64,000 bases of DNA from an uncultured Clostridium sp. (GCA_900555075.1 USJO01000001.1:894-64893); one strand, 5' to 3'. Shown: positions 50,888 through 61,550, counted from the first letter of the stretch. Numbers and translations are program-made. The notes: generated from the sequence alone by a model not told the origin.

Positions 50888-51598
50888 TTATTTTAATTCC
50901 ACTCTTGGATTGTCTTGAATTACATATTCTGCTTTTGGTAAAATTCTCTTTTCTGCTGGTACAAAGTTTCGTACTTGTACTGTTGGTAATATCCAAGTAT
51001 ATGGTCCTATACATGTTCCTGGTACTGTAGTGCAATTCGCCCCTAATCTTGTAGTATCTCCTATAACTGCACCAAAGAAGTCTGTTCCCATATCATATTT
51101 TTTTCCATTTATTTTTATTTCTATATTTTTTTGGTCAAATCTTCTGTTTGCAAGTATTATTCCGCTTCCTATTCTAGTTGATTTTCCAAGTATGCTATCT
51201 CCCACAAATGCTAAACTCGCTACTTTTGCTTTGTTTTGCAATATTGAGTGCTTTACTTCTGATGCATGACCTACAACACAATTGTCTCCTATTATTGAGC
51301 CTGGTCTTATTAATGCTCCTGCTTGAATTTCAACATTTTTTCCTATTATAACTGGTCCTTGTATTGTTACATTACTACCTATTTTTGTTCCTTCATCTAT
51401 GAAGTAATTTCCTTTTATTGAAACAAATTCTCCCATTTCTGCTTTATTAATTTTTACATCTGGTTCTACAATTTTCTTTTTTAAATAGTCATTTATTTTA
51501 GATAATGGCTCCCATATATTTATACATCCTTTAAAAAGTTCTTTTTCTCTAAATTCTTCGATATGTTTAAAATAATATTTCAATTCTAATTCTTCCAT
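50888..51598 (-). CDS. left-handed beta-helix (hexapeptide-repeat) transferase family protein
   Basis: Tandem hexapeptide repeats (IGSNVTIQGPVIIGKNVEIQAGALIRPGSIIGDNCVVG...) resembling the acetyltransferase domain of GlmU-like enzymes. Start at MEELELKYYF with an AAAGGA RBS. Confidence 0.5.
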   Translation of the reverse strand: MEELELKYYFKHIEEFREKELFKGCINIWEPLSKINDYLKKKIVEPDVKINKAEMGEFVSIKGNYFIDEGTKIGSNVTIQGPVIIGKNVEIQAGALIRPGSIIGDNCVVGHASEVKHSILQNKAKVASLAFVGDSILGKSTRIGSGIILANRRFDQKNIEIKINGKKYDMGTDFFGAVIGDTTRLGANCTTVPGTCIGPYTWILPTVQVRNFVPAEKRILPKAEYVIQDNPRVELK

Positions 51599-51654
51599 CT
51601 TTATTATCCTTTCATAATTTAATTTTAAAATATGGATTGTCAAGGGTGATACTC

Positions 51655-53607
51655 CTATATTACATTCTCCATCATTTCAATAATGCTTTCTAAATCCTTT
51701 CTTAGCTCTACTAGCATTACTGTTTTTATTGTTATTTCTTTTCCTTTTAAGTATTGTTCTACAATTTCTTTTAACTTTTTAATGTTTTTTAACTCTGGTT
51801 TTAGTTCTTTTGTATGTTTTTTTGCTCTCTCTACTAATTTTTCTTTTATTCCCATTATATCTTCATTACTTGCACATGATATTCTTTGAAATAGTTGATA
51901 TGGATCATAATACTTAAATATTGGTATTTCCATACACTCTTCATCAAATTTTTCATAAAAAGTTTCCATCTTCATAGGAACATATTTTAATACTTCATTC
52001 GCTTTTTCTGTATACCTTTTATCTTTTAGTGTGTTATTCAAGATATAAAAGTGTGCTAATATATCTTCTATATCTAGGTTCTTTTCTCCTAGTGATAAGT
52101 TGTTTAGCTCTTGTTCTGCATTTTCTACATATTCAGATTTTAAAGATGCTAAGTTCATTCCATTGAAGAACAAGGTTTTAATTGTTGACATACTATAATC
52201 TATAAGTCCTCTTTGTACAAAGTAGGTAAAGTATATAAATAGTTTTGTAGTATCTATTAAACTTATATTACCCTTTTTTACGTCTGACATTATATCCTCT
52301 ATTACTTTTGGAAATTGATCATCTGATATTTTCCAAAATTCTTCTGTTAGTAATCTTTTATAACCTGGCAATTTTTCTGTATCAACTGTGTTGATGATAT
52401 CCTCCATATCTTCTTTAAATCGTCTTGTATCAAATATTCTTGTTCTTACATACATTTCTATGAACTTAAAAAATCTGTATTCTGCTTTAAAGTTATAGTA
52501 ATAATTGTTATCAAACTCTTTTATATAGAATTGTCTATTATCCATAAATACTTTTGATGATACTACTGTTGCCTTGTACTCTTCGTTGTTTTGTATGTTA
52601 ACAAATTTATCTTTTGTTATTTTCCCCGCTTTTATTTCAAATGATATTGCTATTGTAAATATAAGCATAGTTTGTAATACTCTGTAGTTCGTATTTGGAT
52701 AATATTTATTTAACATTTCATAAATTTTTTTGAAGTCATTTAGTGAGTGTTTTAATATTCTAAGGTTTCTAGTCCCACTTTTGTGGAAAGTGTTAATTAT
52801 ATAAGGCGTGTTTTCTCTTAAAAATCTTATCAGTTCTTTATCATTTTCATATCTCATTAAGATTCCATTTATTATATAGTTAAACTCGGGTCTGTATTCA
52901 AAGGTTTCGCCTATCAACTTTTCCTTTATTCTTTCATAATCGTTCGCCTTATCAAATACATATTCAATTTTTTCTTGTATTCTCTCAACCATTGGTTTTC
53001 CATCATCATTTGATAGTTCTCCTTGTTTATCTAAGAGATATGTTGCTATAAAGGTTTTCATTTCTAGGTTGCTATTTTTTAATTTGGTTGATAATTCTTT
53101 TTCATTACATATTATTATTGTTTTTATGTGATCATGTTCAACAAAGTTGTTAATGTATCCTAATATATCTATAACATCAACATTAGCTCTTTCTAGGTCG
53201 TCAAAGCATAAAACTTTATCATCTGTTGCGAAGAAGTTTTCATAATTTATTTTTTCACCATTTGGATTTGCTCCAAATAAGTTTGCCATATTTAATCCCG
53301 TTTTTGCGTATTCAGGTATTGTATATTTCCCTGATGTTTCCATATGTTTTTTTACATTTTTATCCATCAGTTGTGTTGTTTCAATAAATATTTTTTTGCT
53401 TATTTCTTCTAAGTTTGATATTCCATATAGAGACATATATATGCTACTATATCGTTTGCCATTATATTGCATTCCATCAATTTTGGGTTTTATTTTGTTG
53501 TTCCAAAAGTATGTTTTACCACTTCCCCATTCACCATTTATCATTACTGCATAGTCTGTATAATCTGACCTTACATAATCTAATATGCTTTCAACTAAGT
53601 CCTCCAT
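51655..53607 (-). CDS. KAP-family P-loop NTPase
   Basis: 650 aa. Walker A GEWGSGKTYFWN, Walker B LCFDDLERA, long helical C-terminal region. AAAGGAGG RBS. Confidence 0.7.
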   Translation of the reverse strand: MEDLVESILDYVRSDYTDYAVMINGEWGSGKTYFWNNKIKPKIDGMQYNGKRYSSIYMSLYGISNLEEISKKIFIETTQLMDKNVKKHMETSGKYTIPEYAKTGLNMANLFGANPNGEKINYENFFATDDKVLCFDDLERANVDVIDILGYINNFVEHDHIKTIIICNEKELSTKLKNSNLEMKTFIATYLLDKQGELSNDDGKPMVERIQEKIEYVFDKANDYERIKEKLIGETFEYRPEFNYIINGILMRYENDKELIRFLRENTPYIINTFHKSGTRNLRILKHSLNDFKKIYEMLNKYYPNTNYRVLQTMLIFTIAISFEIKAGKITKDKFVNIQNNEEYKATVVSSKVFMDNRQFYIKEFDNNYYYNFKAEYRFFKFIEMYVRTRIFDTRRFKEDMEDIINTVDTEKLPGYKRLLTEEFWKISDDQFPKVIEDIMSDVKKGNISLIDTTKLFIYFTYFVQRGLIDYSMSTIKTLFFNGMNLASLKSEYVENAEQELNNLSLGEKNLDIEDILAHFYILNNTLKDKRYTEKANEVLKYVPMKMETFYEKFDEECMEIPIFKYYDPYQLFQRISCASNEDIMGIKEKLVERAKKHTKELKPELKNIKKLKEIVEQYLKGKEITIKTVMLVELRKDLESIIEMMENVI

Positions 53608-53621
53608 ATTACCTCCTTTGT

Positions 53622-54263
53622 TTAATCTACTGCAATTGTAAGCACTGTGATTTCTTTTGCTCCAGACCTTTTTAGAATTTTACTACACTCATTTACTGTA
53701 CTTCCTGTTGTAAATATGTCATCAAATAATATTATTTTCTTATTTTTTATTCTTTCTGGAGTTTTAACTTCAAATGCATTCTTTAAGTTCGTTTTTCTTT
53801 GTTCTTTGGTTAGCGTGCTTTGTTTTTTTGTATCTTTTATTTTTATTAAATTGTTTTTTTCTAAAGCTATTCCTAGTGTTTTTGCTATTTGTTTTGCTAT
53901 TAATTCTGATTGATTATAACCTCTTCCAAGTTTATGCTTTTTAACCATAGGAACATATAATATTATATCATATTTTTTTAAGAAACTATATGTTTTTTCA
54001 TTTTTTGTCATCATTTTTTCAAAAGTCGAATATAAATATGCTTTTTCATTAAATTTATAATCTATAATTTTATTTCGGATTATGTCTTGATATTTAAAGG
54101 TTTTTATTTGATAATCAAAATATTTGGTTTTATCATTCCTATAATCTTCTATTCTATTTATTTCATATTGTTTTATTTTTAATTCGCATTTTTTGCATAA
54201 ATGTTTTTTATTTATACTTCCGCAAATTCCACATACTGGTGGATATATTAAATCTAATAGCAT
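53622..54263 (-). CDS. comFC: ComF family phosphoribosyltransferase-domain protein
   Basis: N-terminal double Cys pairs (CGICGS...CKKCE) and C-terminal PRTase motif ILFDDIFTTGSTV. Confidence 0.8.
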   Translation of the reverse strand: MLLDLIYPPVCGICGSINKKHLCKKCELKIKQYEINRIEDYRNDKTKYFDYQIKTFKYQDIIRNKIIDYKFNEKAYLYSTFEKMMTKNEKTYSFLKKYDIILYVPMVKKHKLGRGYNQSELIAKQIAKTLGIALEKNNLIKIKDTKKQSTLTKEQRKTNLKNAFEVKTPERIKNKKIILFDDIFTTGSTVNECSKILKRSGAKEITVLTIAVD

Positions 54264-54327
54264 TATTACCTTCTTTCACAATTTTACATAAAATTTAATA
54301 TTATATATTATATCCGGGAGGTATGTT

Positions 54328-54474
54328 ATGAGAATTTTCAAAAAAACTTTAGCTGTTTGTTTAATTGGTTTAGGATTAGGAATTTTACTCGTTATATTAC
54401 TTCCTTTTACTGGTTGGCTATTTCTTATTGGTTTTATTGTAGTGTGTCTCGGCTTGTCTTGGCTTTGTTGTTAA
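54328..54474 (+). CDS. tiny two-TM hydrophobic protein (48 aa)
   Basis: GGGAGG RBS 6 nt upstream. MRIFKKTLAVCLIGLGLGILLVILLPFTGWLFLIGFIVVCLGLSWLCC. Confidence 0.3.
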   Translation: MRIFKKTLAVCLIGLGLGILLVILLPFTGWLFLIGFIVVCLGLSWLCC

Positions 54475-54500
54475 TTTTTGTAAAGGAGTGTGTTTATATT

Positions 54501-54578
54501 ATGACAATCGTAGTTAAAAAGGTTCCTAAATTTTTAAGGGGTTTTGTTAAACTAATTTTTGGCATTAAAGAAAAATAA
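54501..54578 (+). CDS. cationic 25-aa peptide
   Basis: AAAGGAG RBS 12 nt upstream. MTIVVKKVPKFLRGFVKLIFGIKEK, amphipathic and Lys-rich. It is the in-frame end of track ORF 54357..54578. Confidence 0.2.
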   Translation: MTIVVKKVPKFLRGFVKLIFGIKEK

Positions 54579-54635
54579 TATCTTAATTTGATTTAAATTC
54601 TTAAAGATTGTAATTTACATTACATATACAAAACA

Positions 54636-54666
54636 AGAGCAAGATAAAACTTGCTCTATTCTTTTG
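54636..54666. terminator. bidirectional intrinsic terminator downstream of rpmB
   Basis: AGAGCAAG-ataaaa-CTTGCTCT with T-rich tails on both strands. Confidence 0.55.
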
Positions 54667-54669
54667 AAA

Positions 54670-54867
54670 TTAAGCCTTTGTTACTTTTCCTGAACGTAAA
54701 CATTTTGCACAAACATTGATTTTTTTTGGTTGACCGTCTACCATTGCTTTTACTGTTCTAATATTTGGTTTGAATGTTCTTGTAGTTCTTTTACTTATAT
54801 GTGAACGTGTTATACTTAATTTATTTCCATAATTAACTGATTTATCGCAGATTTCACATTTTGCCAT
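54670..54867 (-). CDS. rpmB: 50S ribosomal protein L28
   Basis: 65 aa MAKCEICDKSVNYGNKLSITRSHISKRTTRTFKPN... matches L28. Confidence 0.9.
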   Translation of the reverse strand: MAKCEICDKSVNYGNKLSITRSHISKRTTRTFKPNIRTVKAMVDGQPKKINVCAKCLRSGKVTKA

Positions 54868-55190
54868 TATTATAGCACCTCCTAAATACCGTTATTAAAA
54901 ATCACTATTATTTAGTTTAGCACATATTTTGGAAAAATACAAGTGGTTAAAAGAAATTTACACAAGAAATTTATTGATTTTTAAATTTACGTGTCTATAT
55001 TTTTATGTCTGCAATGTGCATTTAATTACAATACCTAAGATTAAATGAACTAAGTGCAAAATAGTTGAGAAAAGATATATATATTACACTCTTTGTATTA
55101 ATTTGTTTTTATATCTATTCCATTTTTCTCTAAAATATCGTATAATAGTTTGTAATAAAATTTCTGAATTATATTGTTAGGAGTCTAATA

Positions 55191-56045
55191 ATGAAAAAGT
55201 TGATTGTTAGTAAAAAATATGATGGTAAAAAATTAAATACATTTATATTAAGTTCTTTTCCAGAGCTTTCACTAAATATGCTAAATAAAGCTCTTCGCCA
55301 GAAGGATATTCGTATTAATGGTGTACGAACTAAAGAAAATGTTACGGTTTTTGAAAATGATGAAGTTGTTGTTTATATTTCAGATGATTTTCTTTTTAAA
55401 AAAGTTGATTTTGATATTGTTTATGAAGATGATAATATTTTAGTTGTAAACAAACCTTGTGGAATTGAGGTTGTTTGTAATGATAATGAAAAAAATTTAA
55501 CTTCTTTATTACAGAAAAAATATAATTTTATTGAGCCTTGTCATAGGATTGATAGGAACACAACTGGGTTGGTTCTTTTTGCTAAAAATAAAGAGGCTTT
55601 AGATATTTTGCTTAAAAAGTTTAAAAATAAGGAAATTAAAAAGTACTATAAATGCCTAGTTTATGGCATTCCTAAAAAGAAGTCTGATACATTGGTTGGA
55701 TATTTATTTAAGGATAGTAAAAAATCAATGGTATATATTTCAGATGTTCCTAAAACAGGTTATAAGAAAATTGTTACTTCTTATAAGGTTATAGAAAGCA
55801 ATTTAAAAGACAACACTTCAACTTTGGAGGTTGTTTTGGATTATTCTGGAAGAACTCATCAAATTAGAGCACATTTAGCTCATATTGGCTTTCCAATTAT
55901 TGGAGATGGAAAATACGGGAAAAATGAAATTAACAAAAAGTTTAATAAAAAGACCCAAGAACTTACTTCATATAAATTAATATTTGATTTTACAAGTAAT
56001 AGTGGGATTTTGGATTATTTAGAAGGCAAAGAAATTAAATTTTAA
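55191..56045 (+). CDS. RluA-family pseudouridine synthase
   Basis: S4-like N-terminus and catalytic HRIDRNTTGLVLFAKN motif. AGGAG RBS. Confidence 0.85.
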   Translation: MKKLIVSKKYDGKKLNTFILSSFPELSLNMLNKALRQKDIRINGVRTKENVTVFENDEVVVYISDDFLFKKVDFDIVYEDDNILVVNKPCGIEVVCNDNEKNLTSLLQKKYNFIEPCHRIDRNTTGLVLFAKNKEALDILLKKFKNKEIKKYYKCLVYGIPKKKSDTLVGYLFKDSKKSMVYISDVPKTGYKKIVTSYKVIESNLKDNTSTLEVVLDYSGRTHQIRAHLAHIGFPIIGDGKYGKNEINKKFNKKTQELTSYKLIFDFTSNSGILDYLEGKEIKF

Positions 56046-56166
56046 GCTTTATAAAAATATAATTCTTCAAGTGCAGTAGTTCGAACGGAAGAACTTCTAC
56101 GAATTAGATGTGAGACAAACCAACTAAAGAATTTTAATTTCTATAAAGCTTAGGCAAGTCTTAAAA

Positions 56167-57981
56167 TTATTTTTTCAACGTTCTTAAAGAATTTAGTGTT
56201 GCAAGCACTGTTACTCCTACATCTGCAAATACTGCCTCCCACATTGTTGCTACTCCAAAGAACACTAGTAGTAATGCTATTAGTTTTAAACTTATTGCAA
56301 ATACTATATTTTCTTTTGATATTTTCATTGTCTTTCTAGCAACATTTATTGCTTCACATATTTTTAATGGTTCATCTGTCATAATAACAATGTCTGCCGC
56401 TTCTATCGCAGCATCTGTGCCATATCCACCCATTGCTATTCCTATATCTGCCATTGCTAGTGCTGGTGCATCATTTAGTCCATCTCCTACAAATGCTACT
56501 TTTCCTTTCTTTTTATCTAATATTTTTTGAAGTTTTTCTACTTTGTCTGTTGGTAATAGCTCTGTATATACTTTATCAATCTTTAATTTTTTTGCAACCT
56601 CTTCTCCTACTTGTTTTCTATCTCCTGTTAGCATTACAATTTTCTTTATTCCTTGATTTTTTAGTTTCTCTATTGCCTTGGTAGAGTCTTCTTTTATCTC
56701 ATCCGAAATTTCTATTTTGCCTGCATATTGTCTATCTATTGCTATATATACAATTGTTGAAGCTGTTTTGCTTTCTTCTATTTCTATTCCTATTTTGCTC
56801 ATTAATTTGCTATTTCCTAAATGTACTTTCTGACCCTTGATATTTGCAGTAACTCCATTTCCTGAAATTTCTTCGTATTCAGTTACTTCTTGTTTGTTTA
56901 TTTCCTTTCCATAGCTTTCTAATATTGATTTTGCTATTGGATGATTTGAAAAGCTTTCTACATATGCTGCAATTTTTAGTAGTTCATCTTTCTCCTCTAT
57001 TGCTTCTACGTTTTGTACTTTAAAATTACCTTTTGTTAGTGTTCCGGTTTTATCAAATACTATTGTTTCTAATTTAGATAATAATTCTAAGTAATTGCTT
57101 CCTTTTACTAAAATTCCTCTTCTTGATGCTCCACCTATCCCTCCAAAGAAGCTTAGTGGTACTGATACTACAAGTGCACATGGACATGATACAACTAAGA
57201 ATGATAGTGCTCTATATAGCCAAGTATTCAAGTCTTGTTTTAGTATAATGGTTGGAAATGCCAATATAAGTACTGCAAGTAATATAACTATAGGGGTATA
57301 GATTCTTGCAAATTTTGTTATAAATTTTTCTGTATGTGCTTTCTTCTCCCCTGCATTTTCTACTAAGTTTAATATCTTGCTTAAGGTTGATTCCTGAAAT
57401 TCCTTTGTAACCTTTATTTCTAAAACCCCATTTGTATCAATTACACCACTTAGTATTTCGGAATTTACTTTTACTGCTCTTGGTACAGATTCTCCTGTTA
57501 GTGCAGACGTATCTATTAAAGCTTCCCCTGACACCACTATACCATCTAAAGGTACTCTTTCTCCTGGTGTAACAAGAATAATATCTCCGATTTTTACCTT
57601 TTCCGGTGCTTTTGTTACAATTTTCTCTCTTTCTTTAACATTTGCAGTATCTGGTTTTAAGTTCATTAAACTTTCTATCGATTTTTTAGATCTATCTTCT
57701 GCATATTCTTCAAACATTTCTCCTACTTGGAAAAATAACATTACCGCAATTGCCTCTGGGTACTCTCCTATTGTGAATGCTCCAATGCTTGCTATACTCA
57801 TTAAAAATTCTTCTCCGAAAGTTTTTTTTCTTACGTTTTTCAAAGCTTCAAATATTACTTTATATCCAATTGACAAATAGCCAATTAAGAATAGTGCTAC
57901 TCTAATCCAATGTTCCTTTATAAAAAATGCGACTGTGGTAAATATTATACTTATAATTAGTTTTATAAAATCTTTCTTCAT
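56167..57981 (-). CDS. P1B-type heavy-metal (Cd/Zn/Co) translocating ATPase
   Basis: CPC motif (VVSCPCALVVSVP), DKTGTLT phosphorylation site, GDGLNDAPAL hinge. Start moved to MKKDFIKLI (ATG 57981, AAGGAG RBS). No N-terminal HMA domain. Confidence 0.85.
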   Translation of the reverse strand: MKKDFIKLIISIIFTTVAFFIKEHWIRVALFLIGYLSIGYKVIFEALKNVRKKTFGEEFLMSIASIGAFTIGEYPEAIAVMLFFQVGEMFEEYAEDRSKKSIESLMNLKPDTANVKEREKIVTKAPEKVKIGDIILVTPGERVPLDGIVVSGEALIDTSALTGESVPRAVKVNSEILSGVIDTNGVLEIKVTKEFQESTLSKILNLVENAGEKKAHTEKFITKFARIYTPIVILLAVLILAFPTIILKQDLNTWLYRALSFLVVSCPCALVVSVPLSFFGGIGGASRRGILVKGSNYLELLSKLETIVFDKTGTLTKGNFKVQNVEAIEEKDELLKIAAYVESFSNHPIAKSILESYGKEINKQEVTEYEEISGNGVTANIKGQKVHLGNSKLMSKIGIEIEESKTASTIVYIAIDRQYAGKIEISDEIKEDSTKAIEKLKNQGIKKIVMLTGDRKQVGEEVAKKLKIDKVYTELLPTDKVEKLQKILDKKKGKVAFVGDGLNDAPALAMADIGIAMGGYGTDAAIEAADIVIMTDEPLKICEAINVARKTMKISKENIVFAISLKLIALLLVFFGVATMWEAVFADVGVTVLATLNSLRTLKK

Positions 57982-58077
57982 ATTGTTCTCCTTGTATGAA
58001 AATTTAATTATGTGTTTAATTACATTATATTTGAACACATAATTAAATGTTAATAGTTTTTATGGAAAATCTAAATC

Positions 58078-58845
58078 TTATTTTCTTTTTGTTCTTTCTT
58101 CAATTATCTTTTCTATTTCTTCTTTTTTCTTTTCTATTCTTTCTTTGCTTTCTTCTACTCTTTTTCTTATTCTTTCTCTAATTATATCTATATCAACATT
58201 TGGGAAAGCTGATACCAATCTTCTTCCTCTCCAAGTTTTGCTTATGATTTCTTTAACCTTTTTTGTAATTTCTTCTGTGTTATCTTTTGCTTCGTTCGAT
58301 ATTTTCTTGAATGAATGTATTATGTTATATGAAACTGATGCATCTGTTGCAAAGATACAGATTATTATTATTGTTATAATATGTAGCCATGGTTGGTTTA
58401 TATTCCCTATGAGTCCTAAAAATACAGGGTTTCCATATCTTAATATAATTTGACCTATAATTGTAAAAGGTAATAAAGTTTCTAAACATATTCTTCCATT
58501 TATATTCAATTTAAATCTATGATAATCCCACCATCTTGCATGAAATAATTTTTCCATTAGATAGCTTGTTACATACTCAAGTGTTCCACATATACACATT
58601 ATTACAATTGTTGAAATCCATATGCTATCCAATAAACTTACTTTTTCCATTGTTTGCATAAAGTTTCCAAGTAAAAGTGTTATTGCAACTCCTCCAAAAC
58701 CATATATTGGGCAGTATGGACCTATTAAAAAACCTCTGTTTACAAATTTATGGTGTTGTATTAATCCTAATACAACCTCCATCAGCCATCCCATTATAGA
58801 ATATATTGTAAATAAAAGCACATATGTTTCTATATTTTGTATCAT
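58078..58845 (-). CDS. polytopic membrane protein with Lys/Glu-rich coiled-coil tail (putative ABC-transporter type IV-like family)
   Basis: YSIMGWLMEV and GPYCPIYGFG motifs. Five or six TM segments. Confidence 0.45.
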   Translation of the reverse strand: MIQNIETYVLLFTIYSIMGWLMEVVLGLIQHHKFVNRGFLIGPYCPIYGFGGVAITLLLGNFMQTMEKVSLLDSIWISTIVIMCICGTLEYVTSYLMEKLFHARWWDYHRFKLNINGRICLETLLPFTIIGQIILRYGNPVFLGLIGNINQPWLHIITIIIICIFATDASVSYNIIHSFKKISNEAKDNTEEITKKVKEIISKTWRGRRLVSAFPNVDIDIIRERIRKRVEESKERIEKKKEEIEKIIEERTKRK

Positions 58846-58873
58846 TTTTTATTCTCCTCTCTTTATAAGCATT

Positions 58874-59815
58874 TCATCTTATATATTTGTATATGAAGTT
58901 TTGTATTGTTTGCCAGTATTTTTTTGGATTTTTGTCACTACTTTCTCCATGTCCTGCACCTTCTATCTCCAATTTTTGTTTTTTACAATTTGCATTTTTG
59001 TATATTTCATTAAACATAAAAAAAGGTACAAATTTATCTTTTGTTCCGTGTATAAATAGAGTTGGTGTTACAGATTTTTTTACTTGCTTTATTGTTGATG
59101 CTTCTTTGAAACTGTATCCCAAATATATTTTACTCATAAGGCTTGCTGTATATAATAACGGAAATGGTGGTATATGAAAGATTTTATTTAAGTGAACTTT
59201 AAATTCCTCCCAAACTGAACTGTATCCACAATCTGCTATACATACTTTTACTTCTTTTGGAAGGTCATCACCTGTTGCCATTGATACTGTTGCTGCTCCC
59301 ATCGATATTCCATATAATACTATCTTTGGATTTTCGTTTTCATGTACTATTTTATCTATCCATATTTCCAAATCATAATGATCGAGCCATCCCATTCCCA
59401 TATATTCGCCTTCACTTTTGCCATGTGCTCTTAAATCTATGATTAAAGCGTTGTATCCAAAGCTGTTGAATTTTTGTGCATATTTTACCATATCAGAACC
59501 TTTACTCATATATCCATGTACAGTAATTACCCAAATATTAGACTTTTCTCTTACCTTTATTTCATATCCCTTTAATCTTAATCCATCTTTAGAAATTATT
59601 TCAACCTCTTTTGCATTTTCTTCAAGCCATTTTGTGGCTTCATTATTTGTTTTCTCCATATCAACTTTTTGTTCCGATGTAAATATTAGGTTTGAGTACT
59701 TTTGAGTAACTTCTGTCTTCGTTGCCATATCACATAGTTTTTTACCTAATAGTAATATTAAACATATAATTACACAAATTATACTTATTATCATTATTAG
59801 CCAAGTTACAGGCAT
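58874..59815 (-). CDS. membrane-anchored alpha/beta hydrolase
   Basis: GISMGAATVSMA nucleophile elbow (GxSxG), HGYMSKG oxyanion region, C-terminal Asp/His positions. Confidence 0.7.
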   Translation of the reverse strand: MPVTWLIMIISIICVIICLILLLGKKLCDMATKTEVTQKYSNLIFTSEQKVDMEKTNNEATKWLEENAKEVEIISKDGLRLKGYEIKVREKSNIWVITVHGYMSKGSDMVKYAQKFNSFGYNALIIDLRAHGKSEGEYMGMGWLDHYDLEIWIDKIVHENENPKIVLYGISMGAATVSMATGDDLPKEVKVCIADCGYSSVWEEFKVHLNKIFHIPPFPLLYTASLMSKIYLGYSFKEASTIKQVKKSVTPTLFIHGTKDKFVPFFMFNEIYKNANCKKQKLEIEGAGHGESSDKNPKKYWQTIQNFIYKYIR

Positions 59816-59870
59816 ATTTCCTCCCTTAAAATTATAATTATAAATGCAATGTTCCCACTTTGCAAGTTCT

Positions 59871-60725
59871 TTATGCTATGTCTCTTCTCCAGTAAAAAAG
59901 ATATTGTTGTGCAAGTCCTGCTAAATTTCCATATTGTTTTTTAGCAAATTCTTGTATTTTTTTTGGTTTTTGCTCCTGATTATCAAAATACAATTCAGAA
60001 ATTACTCTTCTTACCCATACGTCTACTGGAAAAGCTTCATATTTTTTCAAAGCAAATAGCATAACACAATCTGCTACCTTTGGTCCCACTCCTGGAATTT
60101 CTAGTAGTTTTTCTCTTAGAGTTTCTACGCTTTCTTCTTTTTCTAATTTGTTTAAGTCTATTTCATTTCTTAAGGTTTTTCCTACTGTTTCATATACTCT
60201 AATGTCTCTAAATCCAAGTCCTAAGTTTCTAAAATCATCTATTCCTACTTTTTTAAGTTTTTCAGGAGTTGGAAATGTATAGTAATCTTTCCTTCGAAAT
60301 TCTATTTTGTCTCCATATGCTTTTGAAATTCTTTCTATTATTGTTTTTATTCTTGGAATATTATTGTTTGCAGATATTATGAAAGATATTAGCGTTTCCC
60401 ATAAATCTTGCTTTAATATTCTAATACCGTTGCCATACTCTATGCTATTTTTTAAATAATTATCTATTTTAGATAACCTACCTTTTATTTCTTCGTAGTT
60501 TGCGTTTAAGTCAAAATACTCTATACATATTTCTTTTATATTTCCACTACAGTTTCCTGAAAATATTATGTTTTGATTTTCCTGCTTTACATTTATGACA
60601 TTGTTTTTAAATATTCCTGTGTAGCTTCCATCTTCTTCTTTGTTCCATCTAAAGCATTGTCCACATTCAAATATATGTACTGGTTTAAATGACTTTGCGT
60701 TTTCTAAAATGTACTGTTGCTCCAT
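59871..60725 (-). CDS. ogg: 8-oxoguanine DNA glycosylase (Ogg, HhH-GPD)
   Basis: Ogg-type N-terminal domain plus HhH motif LEIPGVGPKVADCVMLFAL with the catalytic Lys/Asp arrangement. Confidence 0.7.
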   Translation of the reverse strand: MEQQYILENAKSFKPVHIFECGQCFRWNKEEDGSYTGIFKNNVINVKQENQNIIFSGNCSGNIKEICIEYFDLNANYEEIKGRLSKIDNYLKNSIEYGNGIRILKQDLWETLISFIISANNNIPRIKTIIERISKAYGDKIEFRRKDYYTFPTPEKLKKVGIDDFRNLGLGFRDIRVYETVGKTLRNEIDLNKLEKEESVETLREKLLEIPGVGPKVADCVMLFALKKYEAFPVDVWVRRVISELYFDNQEQKPKKIQEFAKKQYGNLAGLAQQYLFYWRRDIA

Positions 60726-60982
60726 ATTTTTCCTCTTTTTTATTGGATTATTCTTATATTAAGCTTCTTTCTTGAAGGCATACCACGTTTTTCTATTTCT
60801 GTAATTTATCTTATCCTTTATTTTTTTATAATATATCATAAAATTAAGATAAAAGCAATTACTCTAATATTAGATTTTCTACAAATCATTTAAAATATCA
60901 TAATTTTTTATAAAGTAAAAAAATATTTTATAACCTTAAAGTTAACAAAGACACCATCTTACAATTAGGTGGTGTCTTGACT

Positions 60983-61354
60983 TTATTTTTTATCATTATA
61001 AATATTTTTTGATAAACTTTCTATTTGTTCTTTCCTATTGTTTTGTTTGTATTGCATATTTTTTAGTCTTTCTTCAGGTATTTTTTCATAATTGTCCTCC
61101 ATATAACATTGTGTACTTTTGTAGTTATCTACTAAATTTTCTACCTGTTCAATTTTTGTTTCATTTTCATTTATTATTTTACCTTTCAAGTTTTGCATTT
61201 CTTCTTCTCTAACTTCTTGCTTTTCTCTTGCTCTATTTTTACTATCTTTGTCTCCAATTTCTGAATATTGTTCTAGATGTCTTTCTGTCCTAGTATGCCT
61301 TTCTACTAAATTCATTAAGTTATCAACTTGATTTTCCTTCTTTTTATTCTCCAT
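60983..61354 (-). CDS. hypothetical charged protein (123 aa), possibly Tlp-like spore protein
   Basis: Highly charged Glu/Lys/Arg-rich. Weak resemblance of DNLMNLVERHTRT to the Tlp SASP N-terminal region. Unverified. Confidence 0.3.
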   Translation of the reverse strand: MENKKKENQVDNLMNLVERHTRTERHLEQYSEIGDKDSKNRAREKQEVREEEMQNLKGKIINENETKIEQVENLVDNYKSTQCYMEDNYEKIPEERLKNMQYKQNNRKEQIESLSKNIYNDKK

Positions 61355-61504
61355 AAAATTTCCTCCTTTTTTACTAATATTATTAACAATTTGAGAATTT
61401 TTATTTGTTTTATCAATGGGAACGTCAGACTGTCTGAAAATGTCACTGAAGTCGGAGATTTTTGATAGGTTTTATAAAATAATTAGTTAGCAGATTACTA
61501 AAAA

Positions 61505-61546
61505 TGCAAAAAAAGAAAGAGTAAGAATTGCTTGAGCTTTTACTCT
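61505..61546 (-). terminator. intrinsic terminator downstream of tRNA-Leu
   Basis: Minus-strand hairpin AGAGAGUAA...UUACUCU followed by UUCUUUUUUUGC. Confidence 0.5.
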
Positions 61547-61550
61547 CTCT

